A stretch of 63,850 nucleotides of DNA, counting the filler, from Nanobdellota archaeon (GTDB taxonomy: Archaea > Nanobdellota > Nanobdellia > B33-G15), in assembly GCA_003660925.1 (NCBI GenBank). It is 10 parts of 10 records of this genome, joined end to end, with 100 filler letters (N's around TTAATTAATTAA, not from the genome) between each part and the next. Parts side by side here need not be neighbours in the genome. Positions count along the whole stretch, not along the records: positions 1 to 7,548 come from QMVD01000034.1; positions 7,649 to 14,795 come from QMVD01000035.1; 8 more parts are not named here. One strand, 5' to 3'. The notes under the pieces are model-generated. The model did no database searches, was not told the origin of the DNA, and saw only the letters and a program-made list of their open reading frames with translations. Below are positions 1-9,073 of this stretch, one piece after another (position 1 is the first letter of the stretch; each line of letters starts with the position of its first letter). Position numbers and translations under genes: made by a program.

Positions 1-6
1 AAGGAC

Positions 7-1050
7 GTGGATAGGGAGCTCTTGGAATTGCTGGAGAAGAAAAGAACAGCGATAAAGGTAGTGGGGGTAGGAGGTGGTGGTGGAAATACCATCACTAGGA
101 TGAGTGAAGTCGGGATCGTTGGGGCGGAGCTCATAGCCATAAACACGGACGCTCAAGATCTGCTCTGCACCTTGGCGGACAAGAAGCTCCTCATAGGGAG
201 GGAAATAACAGGGGGTCTGGGAGGAGGTTCTGACCCCAATGTGGGTAGGGAAGCGGCCAAGGAGAGCGAGTCAGAGATCAAGCAGCTGCTACAAGGGGCC
301 GACATGGTCTTCATAACCTGTGGCCTAGGGGGAGCCACTGGAACTGGAGCGAGTCCCATCATAGCTGAGATCGCTAAGAAACTTGGGGCGTTAACGGTCG
401 CGGTGGTGACCCTTCCGTTCAGCATGGAGGGGAAGCACAGGATGGAAAACGCCATGGATGGACTGGAGAGATTGGAGGACATCGTGGATACCCTCATAGT
501 CATTCCCAACGACAAGCTCCTGGAGATAGCTCCAGACCTTCCCTTGCACACCGCCTTCAAGGTGGCGGATGAGATCCTCACCAATGCTGTGAAGGGAATC
601 GCTGAGCTGGTGACCAAGCCAGGGCTGATAAACTTGGACTTCGCTGACATCAGGACCATAATGAAGGACGGTGGAGTAGCCATGATAGGTATGGGAGAGA
701 GCGACACCGAGAACAGGGCGATGGAGGCGGTGGAGAAGGCGATAAGCAACCCGTTGTTGGACGTTGACATAAGCGGTGCTAAGGGGGCATTGATAAACGT
801 AGTAGGAGGGCCGAACATGACATTGGAGGAGGCGAGGTTAGTGGTGGAGAACGTATCGAAGAGGTTGGACCCAGAGGCGAAGATCATATGGGGAGCACAG
901 ATAAGCGAGGACATGCACGATACCATCAGGGTGATGTTGGTGATAACAGGGGTCAAGAGCCCACAGATCTTCGGAAGGGAGAAGACTTTGTCTGAGATGA
1001 GGAAGAAGGAGATAGAAAGCGAATTAGGCATAAGGTTCATAAGGGAATGA
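7..1050 (+). CDS. ftsZ: Cell division protein FtsZ (true start may lie upstream of the window)
   Basis: [17 protein letters not shown] tubulin signature, INLDFAD. Confidence 0.97.
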   Translation: MDRELLELLEKKRTAIKVVGVGGGGGNTITRMSEVGIVGAELIAINTDAQDLLCTLADKKLLIGREITGGLGGGSDPNVGREAAKESESEIKQLLQGADMVFITCGLGGATGTGASPIIAEIAKKLGALTVAVVTLPFSMEGKHRMENAMDGLERLEDIVDTLIVIPNDKLLEIAPDLPLHTAFKVADEILTNAVKGIAELVTKPGLINLDFADIRTIMKDGGVAMIGMGESDTENRAMEAVEKAISNPLLDVDISGAKGALINVVGGPNMTLEEARLVVENVSKRLDPEAKIIWGAQISEDMHDTIRVMLVITGVKSPQIFGREKTLSEMRKKEIESELGIRFIRE

Positions 1051-1211
1051 AGTTGCTGAAGACCCTACAGGAGTACAAGAGAATCGTAAAAATAGCTAGG
1101 AAACCTACTAAGGAAGAGTTCGAAAGGACCCTGAAGATAACCGGTTTAGGTGTCCTCTTGATAGGTTTGGTCGGCTTCATAATTCAAATAGTATTCCAGG
1201 TGATGTTGTGA
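1047..1211 (+). CDS. secE: Protein translocase SecE/Sec61-gamma (54 aa, not in ORF track)
   Basis: Manual translation [59 protein letters not shown] motif plus TM helix; canonical ftsZ-secE-spt5 order. Confidence 0.95.
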   Translation: MKLLKTLQEYKRIVKIARKPTKEEFERTLKITGLGVLLIGLVGFIIQIVFQVML

Positions 1212-1645
1212 TATACGCGGTGAGGGTAACCGCAGGAAGGGAAAGACAGGTCATAGAGAAGTTGGAGGCACTCATGAATAGGGGAAACTACGCTGTTTAT
1301 TCCATCCTTTATCCCCACAGGGTAAAGGGATATTTCTTCGTGGAAGCGGATTCATTGGACGAAGTTAAGAGGCTCGTCTATGGGGTTCATTACATAAAAG
1401 GGGTCGTGCAGGGGGAACTCAAGTTAGAGGATGTGGAGCACTTCTTGGCACCATCTGAGATAAAGATAGAGCTTAACAAGGGAGACATCGTGGAGCTCAT
1501 AGCAGGTCCCTTCAGAGGAGAGAAGGCCAAAGTGTTGAGGGTGAACAAACAAAAGGAAGAGGTAGTAGTTGAACTCTTGGAGGCAGCAGTCCCCATCCCA
1601 GTGACCGTGAAATTAGACTCTGTCAGGGTGATAAAGAAGGGATAA
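1208..1645 (+). CDS. spt5: Transcription elongation factor Spt5/NusG
   Basis: KGYFFVEA NGN domain, GDIVELIAGPFRGE KOW motif, AVPIPVTV. Confidence 0.96.
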   Translation: MIYAVRVTAGRERQVIEKLEALMNRGNYAVYSILYPHRVKGYFFVEADSLDEVKRLVYGVHYIKGVVQGELKLEDVEHFLAPSEIKIELNKGDIVELIAGPFRGEKAKVLRVNKQKEEVVVELLEAAVPIPVTVKLDSVRVIKKG

Positions 1646-1675
1646 TTTTTAAAAGAAATCCTTCTTCTCCTTCCC

Positions 1676-2107
1676 ATGCCCAGCATAAAGGTCATGGTGG
1701 AAGGTGGAAAAGCGACCCCAGCCCCTCCCCTAGGTCCGGCCCTAGGACCATTAGGGGTGAACATAGGACAAGTGGTGGCCGCTATAAACGAGAAGACCAA
1801 GGAGTTCGAGGGCATGACCGTCCCAGTGACGGTCACCGTTGACCCGAAGACTAAGGAATTCACCGTAGAGGTGGGGAAGCCACCCACGAGTCAACTCATC
1901 CTTAAGGAGCTAGGAATCCAAAAAGGAGGACAGGATCAGAAGGAGAAGGTAGGAAACTTGACTTTAGAGCAGGTCAAGAAGATCGCGAAGGCGAAGTTCG
2001 GGAGCGACGAGGAGAGGTTCGTGAGACAGGTGATAGGGACCTGCCAATCCATGGGGGTGACAGTGGAGGGGAAGGAGCCAAAGGAGTTCTTGAAGGAGAT
2101 GAAATGA
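1676..2107 (+). CDS. rpl11: 50S ribosomal protein L11 (uL11)
   Basis: [26 protein letters not shown]. Confidence 0.97.
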   Translation: MPSIKVMVEGGKATPAPPLGPALGPLGVNIGQVVAAINEKTKEFEGMTVPVTVTVDPKTKEFTVEVGKPPTSQLILKELGIQKGGQDQKEKVGNLTLEQVKKIAKAKFGSDEERFVRQVIGTCQSMGVTVEGKEPKEFLKEMK

Positions 2108-2499
2108 GGGAGATAAAGGTAAGTACGAAAGGGAAGTTCGACATCATTAACCTAACAGAGTTGGTGGAAAGAGAGGTAAGGGACGTGAAAGAAGGAGTGG
2201 TCCTCGTTTTCCTCCCCCATGCTACCTCAGCTTTGATCCTCAACGAGGACGAAGGGGGTTTGAGGGAGGATATCTTAAACAAGTTGAGGGAATTGGTCCC
2301 AGAGAAAGGTGATTATCTTCATAACCGGATAGATGACAATGCTCACGCCCACATCCTTTCCTCCCTCCTCAAACAATTCGTTCTCCTCCCGGTCAAGGAC
2401 GGGAGGCTCGTGAGGGGAACTTGGCAAGAGATCTTGTTGTTAGAATTTGATGGGCCCAGGGAGAGGAGGGTTTTGATAGAAATCTTGAAGAGCTCGTAA
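2104..2499 (+). CDS. yjbQ: YjbQ/UPF0047 family protein
   Basis: [34 protein letters not shown]. Confidence 0.93.
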   Translation: MREIKVSTKGKFDIINLTELVEREVRDVKEGVVLVFLPHATSALILNEDEGGLREDILNKLRELVPEKGDYLHNRIDDNAHAHILSSLLKQFVLLPVKDGRLVRGTWQEILLLEFDGPRERRVLIEILKSS

Positions 2500-2512
2500 A
2501 CTTTTTAAATGG
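2497..2512 (+). promoter_or_regulatory. BRE/TATA promoter for the rpl1-rpl10-rpl12 operon
   Basis: TAAACTTTTTAAATGG, identical over 16 nt to the element upstream of tRNA-Asn (43016-43031). Confidence 0.7.
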
Positions 2513-2527
2513 GTCAAAAGTATGTCC

Positions 2528-2560
2528 TTCGTCCGAGCACTGCTTCGGCAGGAGGACGAA
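2528..2560 (+). promoter_or_regulatory. Structured 5' leader hairpin over the rpl1 Shine-Dalgarno; putative L1 autoregulatory site
   Basis: TTCGTCC/GGACGAA outer stem, GAGCA/GA internal loop, CTGC-TTCG-GCAG cUUCGg hairpin. Confidence 0.7.
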
Positions 2561-2561
2561 A

Positions 2562-3209
2562 ATGAGGAAGGAAGATCTCTTAAAGGCATTGGAAGAGGCG
2601 AGGAAGAAATCTAAACCCAGGAAGTTCGTTCAGAGCGTGGACCTCATCATCCCGCTGAAGGACATAGACTTGAGAAGGCCTGAGAACAGGATAGAGGAGT
2701 ACGTGGTCTTGCCTCACGGCCCTGGGAAGAGGTTCAAGATCTGCGCCTTCGTGGGAAAGGGGATGGAGGGGAAGGCGAAGGAAGCGTGCGATTTCGTGAT
2801 AAAGGACGAGGAGTTCGGGAAGTGGGAGAAGAAGGAGATCAAGAAGTTGGTGAGAGAGTACGATTACTTCATAGCTCAGGCAGACCTCATGCCGTCCGTG
2901 GCGGCCAAGTTCGGGAAGTACTTGGGAGCTTTGGGGAAGTTACCGAGCCCGAAGAGCGGCAGCATCTTTCCCATGAACGCTGACCTGAAACCCATAGTGG
3001 AGAGGTTGAGGAAGACCGTGAAGGTAGTAGCGAAGAAACAACCCGTTGTGAGCTGCATCATAGGGAAGGAAGACATGAAAGATGAGGAGATTGCTGAGAA
3101 CGCGATGGCGGTCTACGAGGCGTTAGTTCACAAGCTTCCAGAGGGTAAGAGACGGATAAGGGGGGTCTACATCAAGCTGACCATGGGGCCTCCGGTGAGA
3201 GTATGGTAA
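2562..3209 (+). CDS. rpl1: 50S ribosomal protein L1 (uL1)
   Basis: RKFVQSVDL, LPHG, YIKLTMGPP. Confidence 0.96.
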   Translation: MRKEDLLKALEEARKKSKPRKFVQSVDLIIPLKDIDLRRPENRIEEYVVLPHGPGKRFKICAFVGKGMEGKAKEACDFVIKDEEFGKWEKKEIKKLVREYDYFIAQADLMPSVAAKFGKYLGALGKLPSPKSGSIFPMNADLKPIVERLRKTVKVVAKKQPVVSCIIGKEDMKDEEIAENAMAVYEALVHKLPEGKRRIRGVYIKLTMGPPVRVW

Positions 3210-4012
3210 AGGAATGGAAGGTAAAAAAAGTGGAGGAGATCGCCGGAGAGATCTCTAGGTATAAGTACGTCATGGTGACTGACATGACAGGCATCCCTGC
3301 CAAGCAGTTGATGGACATAAGGGAAGGGTTGAGGGATAAGTTGCGAATCGTCATGTCCAAGAAGTCCCTCCTCTCAAGGGCGTTGGAAAAGGCTGGTTAC
3401 GGTCCTCTGGTCAACGAGTTGAAGGGAAGCCCCGCCCTGTTACTATCGAATGAAGATCCTTTCTCCCTTTCCATCACCTTGGACAAGAAAAAAGTCCCTT
3501 CATTCGCGAAGCCAGGGACCATAGCTGGAGAGGACATCTACGTGAGGGCCGGACCGACCGAGTTCGCTCCAGGGCCTATCCTGAGCGAGTTCGGCAAGTT
3601 CGGCATAAAGACCAAGATCGAGGGAGGTAAGATAAACATAGTCAAGGATGCCTTGTTGGTCAAGAAAGGAGAGGAAATAAATGAAGAGAAGGCCTCCCTG
3701 TTAAAGAAGTTGGGGATCATGCCGGTGAAGTTGGGATTGAAGATAATCGCCACTTTATTGGATGGAAAAATATACAGGGACGTGCACGTGGACGTGAAGG
3801 ATTATGAGAAGAAGCTGGAGGAAGCCCATTCACGGGCGTTCTCCTTAGCCTTCAACGCCAACATCCTCACCAAGGAAACTTCGGAGTTGTTGCTATCCGA
3901 GGCCCACTCCCAAGCCTTATCTTTGGCTGTGAATGCTAAGATTTATAACGAGGAAAGCTTACCCATACTGTTGAGCTTGGCTAATGCTCATGCATCATCG
4001 TTGGGGGTGTGA
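3203..4012 (+). CDS. rpl10: Ribosomal stalk protein L10/P0 (uL10)
   Basis: AKPG..A..DI, AGPTEFAPGP, KIEGGKINI, three C-terminal P1-binding helices. Confidence 0.95.
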   Translation: MVKEWKVKKVEEIAGEISRYKYVMVTDMTGIPAKQLMDIREGLRDKLRIVMSKKSLLSRALEKAGYGPLVNELKGSPALLLSNEDPFSLSITLDKKKVPSFAKPGTIAGEDIYVRAGPTEFAPGPILSEFGKFGIKTKIEGGKINIVKDALLVKKGEEINEEKASLLKKLGIMPVKLGLKIIATLLDGKIYRDVHVDVKDYEKKLEEAHSRAFSLAFNANILTKETSELLLSEAHSQALSLAVNAKIYNEESLPILLSLANAHASSLGV

Positions 4013-4015
4013 AAG

Positions 4016-4312
4016 ATGGAATACGTGTATGCGGCGCTGTTGCTCCACAAGGCTGGGAAAGAGATAAGCGAAGAGAACGTGAAGAAGGTCATGGAAGCTG
4101 CAGGGATTCAAGTGGACGAGGCCAGGGTGAAGTCCTTAGTGGCTGCCCTCAAGGAAGTCAACATAGATGAAGCTATAAGCAAAGGTGTTGCTGTGGCCGC
4201 ACCGGCTAAGGCGGAGGAGGTCAAGGAGGAAAAGAAGGAAGAGAAGAAAGAGGAAGAGGAAAAGGTGAGCGAGGAAGAGGCTATAAGTGGGCTCAGCGCG
4301 CTGTTCGGTTAG
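4016..4312 (+). CDS. rpl12: Ribosomal stalk protein L12/P1
   Basis: [11 protein letters not shown], acidic hinge, GLSALFG end. Confidence 0.97.
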   Translation: MEYVYAALLLHKAGKEISEENVKKVMEAAGIQVDEARVKSLVAALKEVNIDEAISKGVAVAAPAKAEEVKEEKKEEKKEEEEKVSEEEAISGLSALFG

Positions 4313-4364
4313 AAGGGGAAACTTAGTTACAACCTTTAAATTAGTTTCTACTCCTTTCTTTCTC

Positions 4365-5339
4365 ATGAGGACGGGAGTAGTGGACCTCTTACTCCATCAC
4401 GGAAGGGCTCCTCCTTGGTTGCTCGAACGCATGAGGAAGTTGGGAGGAGCCATATGTGAGGCGATCATAGATGAATATGGGGAGAAGGAATTGTTGAGGA
4501 GGTTGTCAAAGCCCTTGTGGTTCCAAGCGCTCTCCTATGTCTTGGGATACGATTGGAATTCGAGCGGGACCACCACCGTAACCACTGCTGTCTTGAAGAG
4601 CGTGTTGAGGGATGAGATAAGGGTGGCTGGGGGGAAGGGGAGGACCGCTTTAAGAACTCCTCAAGAATTGAGGGAGATTGCGAGGGAGTTTGGGTTGGAC
4701 GAAGAGGGGCTCGTGAGGACATCGAAGCTCGTGGCTAAGGTAGATAACTCTTTGATTCAAGATGGTTACCAACTCTATCACCACGCCTTCTTCATCTCCA
4801 GGGATGGGGATTGGACGGTGATCCAACAGGGGATGAAAGGAAATCTTGCTAGGAGATATCACTGGTTCAACGAGGCGAAGATAGGGGACGAGCATGGGAT
4901 CATGGGGTTGAAGGAGGAGAAGGTCCTCAACCTCGCTTCAGAAAGGAGCGAGGAAGTCAGGAGAGGCATCTTGGACTTCGTGAAGGAGAGGCACGCGTTC
5001 ATAGATGGGGTCAACTGGGAGGCCTTGAAAGAGGCTTATGAGCTCCAGCCCAAGAACTTCGAGGAGTTCCTGTTGATAAGGGGGATAGGCCCAAAGACCT
5101 TGAGGAGCCTCGCCCTGGTCTCCAAAGTTATTTATGGGAGTGAACTGGACTGGAGGGACCCCATAAAGTACACCTTCGCCTTCGGAGGAAAGGATGGGGT
5201 TCCCTACCCTGTCAACAAGAGATTGATGGATGAGGTCATCCTAACCCTGAGGGAGGCGCTAGACTTAGCGAAGGCGGGAAAAAACGAGAAGAAAGAAGCT
5301 ATAAAACGTTTAAGCGTATTTAAGTGCGAGTACGAATAG
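4365..5339 (+). CDS. DUF763 family protein
   Basis: LHHGRAPPWL, DWNSSGTTT, QDGYQLYHH, FAFGGKDGVPYPV; start moved to ATG 4365, 24 nt after a TATA box. Confidence 0.9.
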   Translation: MRTGVVDLLLHHGRAPPWLLERMRKLGGAICEAIIDEYGEKELLRRLSKPLWFQALSYVLGYDWNSSGTTTVTTAVLKSVLRDEIRVAGGKGRTALRTPQELREIAREFGLDEEGLVRTSKLVAKVDNSLIQDGYQLYHHAFFISRDGDWTVIQQGMKGNLARRYHWFNEAKIGDEHGIMGLKEEKVLNLASERSEEVRRGILDFVKERHAFIDGVNWEALKEAYELQPKNFEEFLLIRGIGPKTLRSLALVSKVIYGSELDWRDPIKYTFAFGGKDGVPYPVNKRLMDEVILTLREALDLAKAGKNEKKEAIKRLSVFKCEYE

Positions 5340-5498
5340 GATCACTGAGATCACTATGGGCGCAATGCTCCCGTAGAAGAGCCACTCATTAGTCCCATAG
5401 AACTCATATATCTTCCAGAACCCTAGCGCTAAGAACTCCACTACTGTTATCAGTGCGAACGCGATGAAGGAGTACAACAGGATATCTGAACGATCCAT
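5310..5498 (-). CDS. Small two-TM membrane protein
   Basis: Two hydrophobic stretches; follows the 5506-5940 ORF on the same strand. Confidence 0.6.
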   Translation of the reverse strand: MDRSDILLYSFIAFALITVVEFLALGFWKIYEFYGTNEWLFYGSIAPIVISVILFVLALKYA

Positions 5499-5505
5499 GA
5501 ATTTC

Positions 5506-5940
5506 CTAAAGCCTGCTCATTAAAAAATCTAACGATGAAGGGGAGAGATAGGCATACACCTTTTCCTCATCCTCATCCACGATGTAGAGGATGTGATGTT
5601 CCGCTTTCAGTAAGTGGGAGAACAACCTGATGGCCCTCGTCTTGCTTTTGAAGAGAGGGACGGCGAAGCTGAAGATGCCTTGAACGTATTTCTCTAAGTT
5701 CCTCCTCTTCTTGCAGAAGAGGTTAGAACCGTTCCTGGAGTAATTCCTCTGGACTTCAATTATCTCCTGCACTTCTAACTCTAGTCCGTTCATCGTCCAC
5801 TTCTCTCGAAGCAGGAGGTCTATCTCCCCGCCGCACACCCTGACATGGGTATCCACCCCCTCTATCTCTCTTAGATAGGATAATGGGTCCCTCCTCGGGA
5901 GATAAGTGGAGAGAAATCGAACGAGCTCGTCGTGTCGCAT
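5506..5940 (-). CDS. Hypothetical protein with degenerate PD-(D/E)XK-like motifs
   Basis: GEIDLL...IIEVQ...NLEKY; AT-rich promoter shared with the divergent GTPase. Confidence 0.6.
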   Translation of the reverse strand: MRHDELVRFLSTYLPRRDPLSYLREIEGVDTHVRVCGGEIDLLLREKWTMNGLELEVQEIIEVQRNYSRNGSNLFCKKRRNLEKYVQGIFSFAVPLFKSKTRAIRLFSHLLKAEHHILYIVDEDEEKVYAYLSPSSLDFLMSRL

Positions 5941-5987
5941 GAGTAAAGAGGCCCAACTTATTTATTAAGGATGTTATAGCGTAGTAT

Positions 5988-6716
5988 ATGAACAAGAGAG
6001 TCCTCAGGATGATAAGGAAGAGCCATATAGTCCTAGAGGTTATAGACATAAGGTGTCCCCTGGAGACGAGATGTAGGGCATTGGAAGATTACTTGTTGAG
6101 GAAGGGGAAACCCTTCATAAGGGTGTTCAACAAGGCGGATCTCGTCCCGAAGGAGTTCGCGGAGTTCGTGATCTCCAGGATGAAAGGTGTGTACGTGAGT
6201 TCTAAGACGAGGGGAGGGTTAAGAAAGCTCAAGGAGAAGATAAGGGAATATATGGGAGGGAGGGAAAAAGCGGTGGTGTGCGTGGTGGGCTTCCCTAACA
6301 CCGGTAAGTCGAGTTTGATAAACGCGTTGAAGGGGAAGAAAGTGGCGAAGGTGGCTCCGACCCCTGGCTACACCAAGGGAGAACAGTTCATAAGGATGAG
6401 CGAAGATATCCTGCTCATAGACACGCCTGGGGTCTTGAAACAGAAGTTTCAATGGGACGAGAAGGCCAAGAACCCCCTTACCCCAGCCTTGAAGATCCTA
6501 AAGAAGGCGGACAAGGATTACATAAAGAGATTCTACAAGGTGGAGGCAGACGAGCCCTTAGAGATCCTGGAGGAGATGAGGAAGAAAAGGGGGTGGAAGG
6601 AGATAGAGAGGGCAGCGAGGAAGGTGCTCCAGGACTGGAACGCGGGGAGGCTGAAGGTGTACTGGTTTGGGAAAATTAATAAATCAAATTTCACAACTAA
6701 TACTGAACAAAAATGA
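5988..6716 (+). CDS. Circularly permuted ribosome biogenesis GTPase (RbgA/YlqF family)
   Basis: NKAD precedes GFPNTGKSS, then PGYT and DTPG. Confidence 0.92.
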   Translation: MNKRVLRMIRKSHIVLEVIDIRCPLETRCRALEDYLLRKGKPFIRVFNKADLVPKEFAEFVISRMKGVYVSSKTRGGLRKLKEKIREYMGGREKAVVCVVGFPNTGKSSLINALKGKKVAKVAPTPGYTKGEQFIRMSEDILLIDTPGVLKQKFQWDEKAKNPLTPALKILKKADKDYIKRFYKVEADEPLEILEEMRKKRGWKEIERAARKVLQDWNAGRLKVYWFGKINKSNFTTNTEQK

Positions 6717-7548
6717 AGAAGCTCCTCTTCCTTGTATTGGACGGCCTCGGGGATAGGCCTGTCTTCGAAGGGAAGACTCCCTTGGAAGCCGCGAACACCC
6801 CTAATATGGATGAACTGGCCAAGGAAGGGATGACCGGAAGGATGTACATAGTAGGGAAGAACATAGCTCCAGAATCTGATGTTGCCCTCTTCTGCCTATT
6901 CGGGTACGATCCTTTCAAGTATTACACTGGGAGGGGGCCCATAGAAGCCTATGGAGTAGGGATAGAAACGAGGTTCGGTGAGCTCGCTCTGAGGGGGAAC
7001 TTGGCCAGCGTCGATAAGAATTGGAACATGCTCAACGTCAGGGTCAAATTAAATGATGAGGAGGGGAAAGAATTCGTGAGGGCCTTGGAGGACATGAAGA
7101 TAGACGGTGCGAAGTTCGTGATAAAGCACACCAGAGGTTATAGGTTTGTGGTGAAGTTCAGGGCCAAGCGCAACCTATCAGCCAAGATAACCAACGTCCA
7201 CCCAGGTTATATGAGGCTGGGAATAGATATACCCATTGCGGCCCCTTTGAGGAACTGGAAGGTGAAGGAAGCCGTCCCTTTGGCCAATTCCAAAGGGGCG
7301 GTGTTGGCAGCTAGGATAGTGAACGAGTTCGTGAGGAAAAGCTATGAGGTCCTGAGCAGGCATAAACTCAACAAGAAGAGGAAGGTCAAGGCGAACATCG
7401 CCCTGCTGAGGGACGCTGGCAACAGGCTCCCCGATCTCCCTAAATTGAGCGAGAAGTACGGGAGGATCTGGGCAGCCATAACTGATAGACCTGTTGAGGT
7501 GGGCTTCTTCAGGTTGATAGGGATGGACATAATCGAACCGCCGAGGGA
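6713..7548 (+). CDS. apgM: Cofactor-independent phosphoglycerate mutase, archaeal type (3' truncated)
   Basis: LDGLGDRP, TPLEAANTPNMD, SDVA, YTGRGPIEA. Confidence 0.88.
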
Positions 7549-7648
7549 NNNNNNNNNNNNNNNNNNNNNNNNNNNNNNNNNNNNNNNNNNNNTTAATTAA
7601 TTAANNNNNNNNNNNNNNNNNNNNNNNNNNNNNNNNNNNNNNNNNNNN
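7549..7648. other. Artificial contig linker
   Basis: N44-TTAATTAATTAA-N44 (stops in six frames). Confidence 0.99.
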
Positions 7649-8724
7649 CCCTTCACCCTCAATTTCGTGAACAGACTAGGTTCTGGTTTCTCTTCGGGAA
7701 CTAAGAGCTTGTGCTCGTTCAGGAGGGCTATCAACTTCTTCCTAGAGCTTTCCAGGGGGTCCAACTCCGTCCTGCCCATAACGTACCCCACCGCTGATTC
7801 CAGACACTTCATGTAGAGCTTGAACGCCTGATTGTATTTCTTGACCCTTTCCCTCACCTCCCTCGACCTGGAGTTCTCGCCATCTGGAAGCACGTGCCAA
7901 GTAACGGCACAGATTGGACATTCCATTGCCTTCGAGGCTTCTAAGAAGAGGTTGGGGTAGATACAACCAACTATCCCGAGTAAACTGGCTCCCCTATCCT
8001 CAGACATTATCCTCTTCACGGGGATGAGAGTGACGTTCCCCTTCGCTTCTTGTTGCTTCAACCATCCCTTATATTCTCTTTTCAACTTGGCGCCTTCTAG
8101 GTCCACTATGCCTATCCCATGCAAATTCTGTCCGAGCTTCACTCCGTATTTGTCCAGGCTTTGCAGGATGGTGTAGAAGGCCCTCCCAGATATGAGGGTG
8201 TCCAGGATGACAGGTTTCTTCAAGGGCCTCAACTGCCTGTAGTAGTTTGCTATTTCCTTCCTGCCTTCCACCTCTTCGAGGAGGAGCTCGAACGCCTTGA
8301 AGCACTTGTCCTCCTTCCTCTCCTTCCCATCCTTAAAGAGGAGGGAGATCAAATAACTCCCACTGTCCCTTATCTCATCCACGACTTGATCTAAACTCTT
8401 CCCGTACCTCCTCAATTTCTCCTTTGGGATGTAAACATCAGCGGTCAGGGGAACAGGGACGACTGGGAACTCCCCTTCTTCGGAGCTCCCCTCAACTTTC
8501 ATGAAGCTCGGCACGCTCAATATTTCTTCTAACTCGCTTCCCTTAAGGGCATCGAAGACCCCCCTGAAGATGGGATATGCTCCTCTGCTCGGAATTATCA
8601 AGCTATCGACGTCTTTGTTCTCATATAACTCCGTTAATCTATGTGCGGTGAGCACACAGCCCTGGGCGAGGCTCAGAAAATTCTCTACCGAAAACTCTTT
8701 ATCATAAAACAAAACTTTGGCCAT
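7649..8724 (-). CDS. Hypothetical protein with PRTase-like motifs (3' truncated)
   Basis: Long ORF; IIPSRGAYP and VILDTLISGRAF resemble type I phosphoribosyltransferase loops. Confidence 0.6.
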
Positions 8725-8850
8725 GATTTATCGTGCAGAAATTTATTTTTTAACTTTTCGGTAGTCATTTTTCCCCTGTTGGATCGCAATTTCAGACTGT
8801 AACTTGAGCAATTAATTTTATAAGTAAAAGGAAGATAGTCTACTCTGAAG

Positions 8851-9063
8851 ATGAAGAGGTCGACTTTCGCGATGTGTCTCGTCCCTCTTCTGTTAGGAGG
8901 AACGAGGGCATACGTGGACCCCGGGACGGGCATAGTCCTTGGGAGTTCCCTGTGGACCCTAATGGTTGCCTTCTTCTCAACTTTAGCAGCATTCCTGGCC
9001 AAACACTTCTGGGACCCCATAAAGAGGGTTGTCAAGAAGACGCTTAAAAAGTTGAAAAGATAA
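8851..9063 (+). CDS. Small membrane protein with AYVDPGTG motif
   Basis: Signal-like N-terminus, YVDPGTG, TM helix, basic tail; heads the sulfate cluster. Confidence 0.75.
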   Translation: MKRSTFAMCLVPLLLGGTRAYVDPGTGIVLGSSLWTLMVAFFSTLAAFLAKHFWDPIKRVVKKTLKKLKR

Positions 9064-9073
9064 AGGTGGTCCC

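Noticed and set aside
153..1040. Long antisense ORFs (e.g. 153-1040, 32910-33473, 62282-63046) and many short ones
   Set aside because: They shadow well-supported genes on the opposite strand, have S/F/L/P-skewed composition and show no motifs
4287..4364. Upstream extensions in the ORF track (4287, 32682, 37553, 46879, 48261, 53421)
   Set aside because: They run through neighbouring genes or promoters; downstream starts match family N-termini
7593..7604. Recurrent TTAATTAATTAA as a biological repeat or CRISPR-like element
   Set aside because: Always centred in exactly 44+44 Ns; it is a six-frame-stop assembly linker
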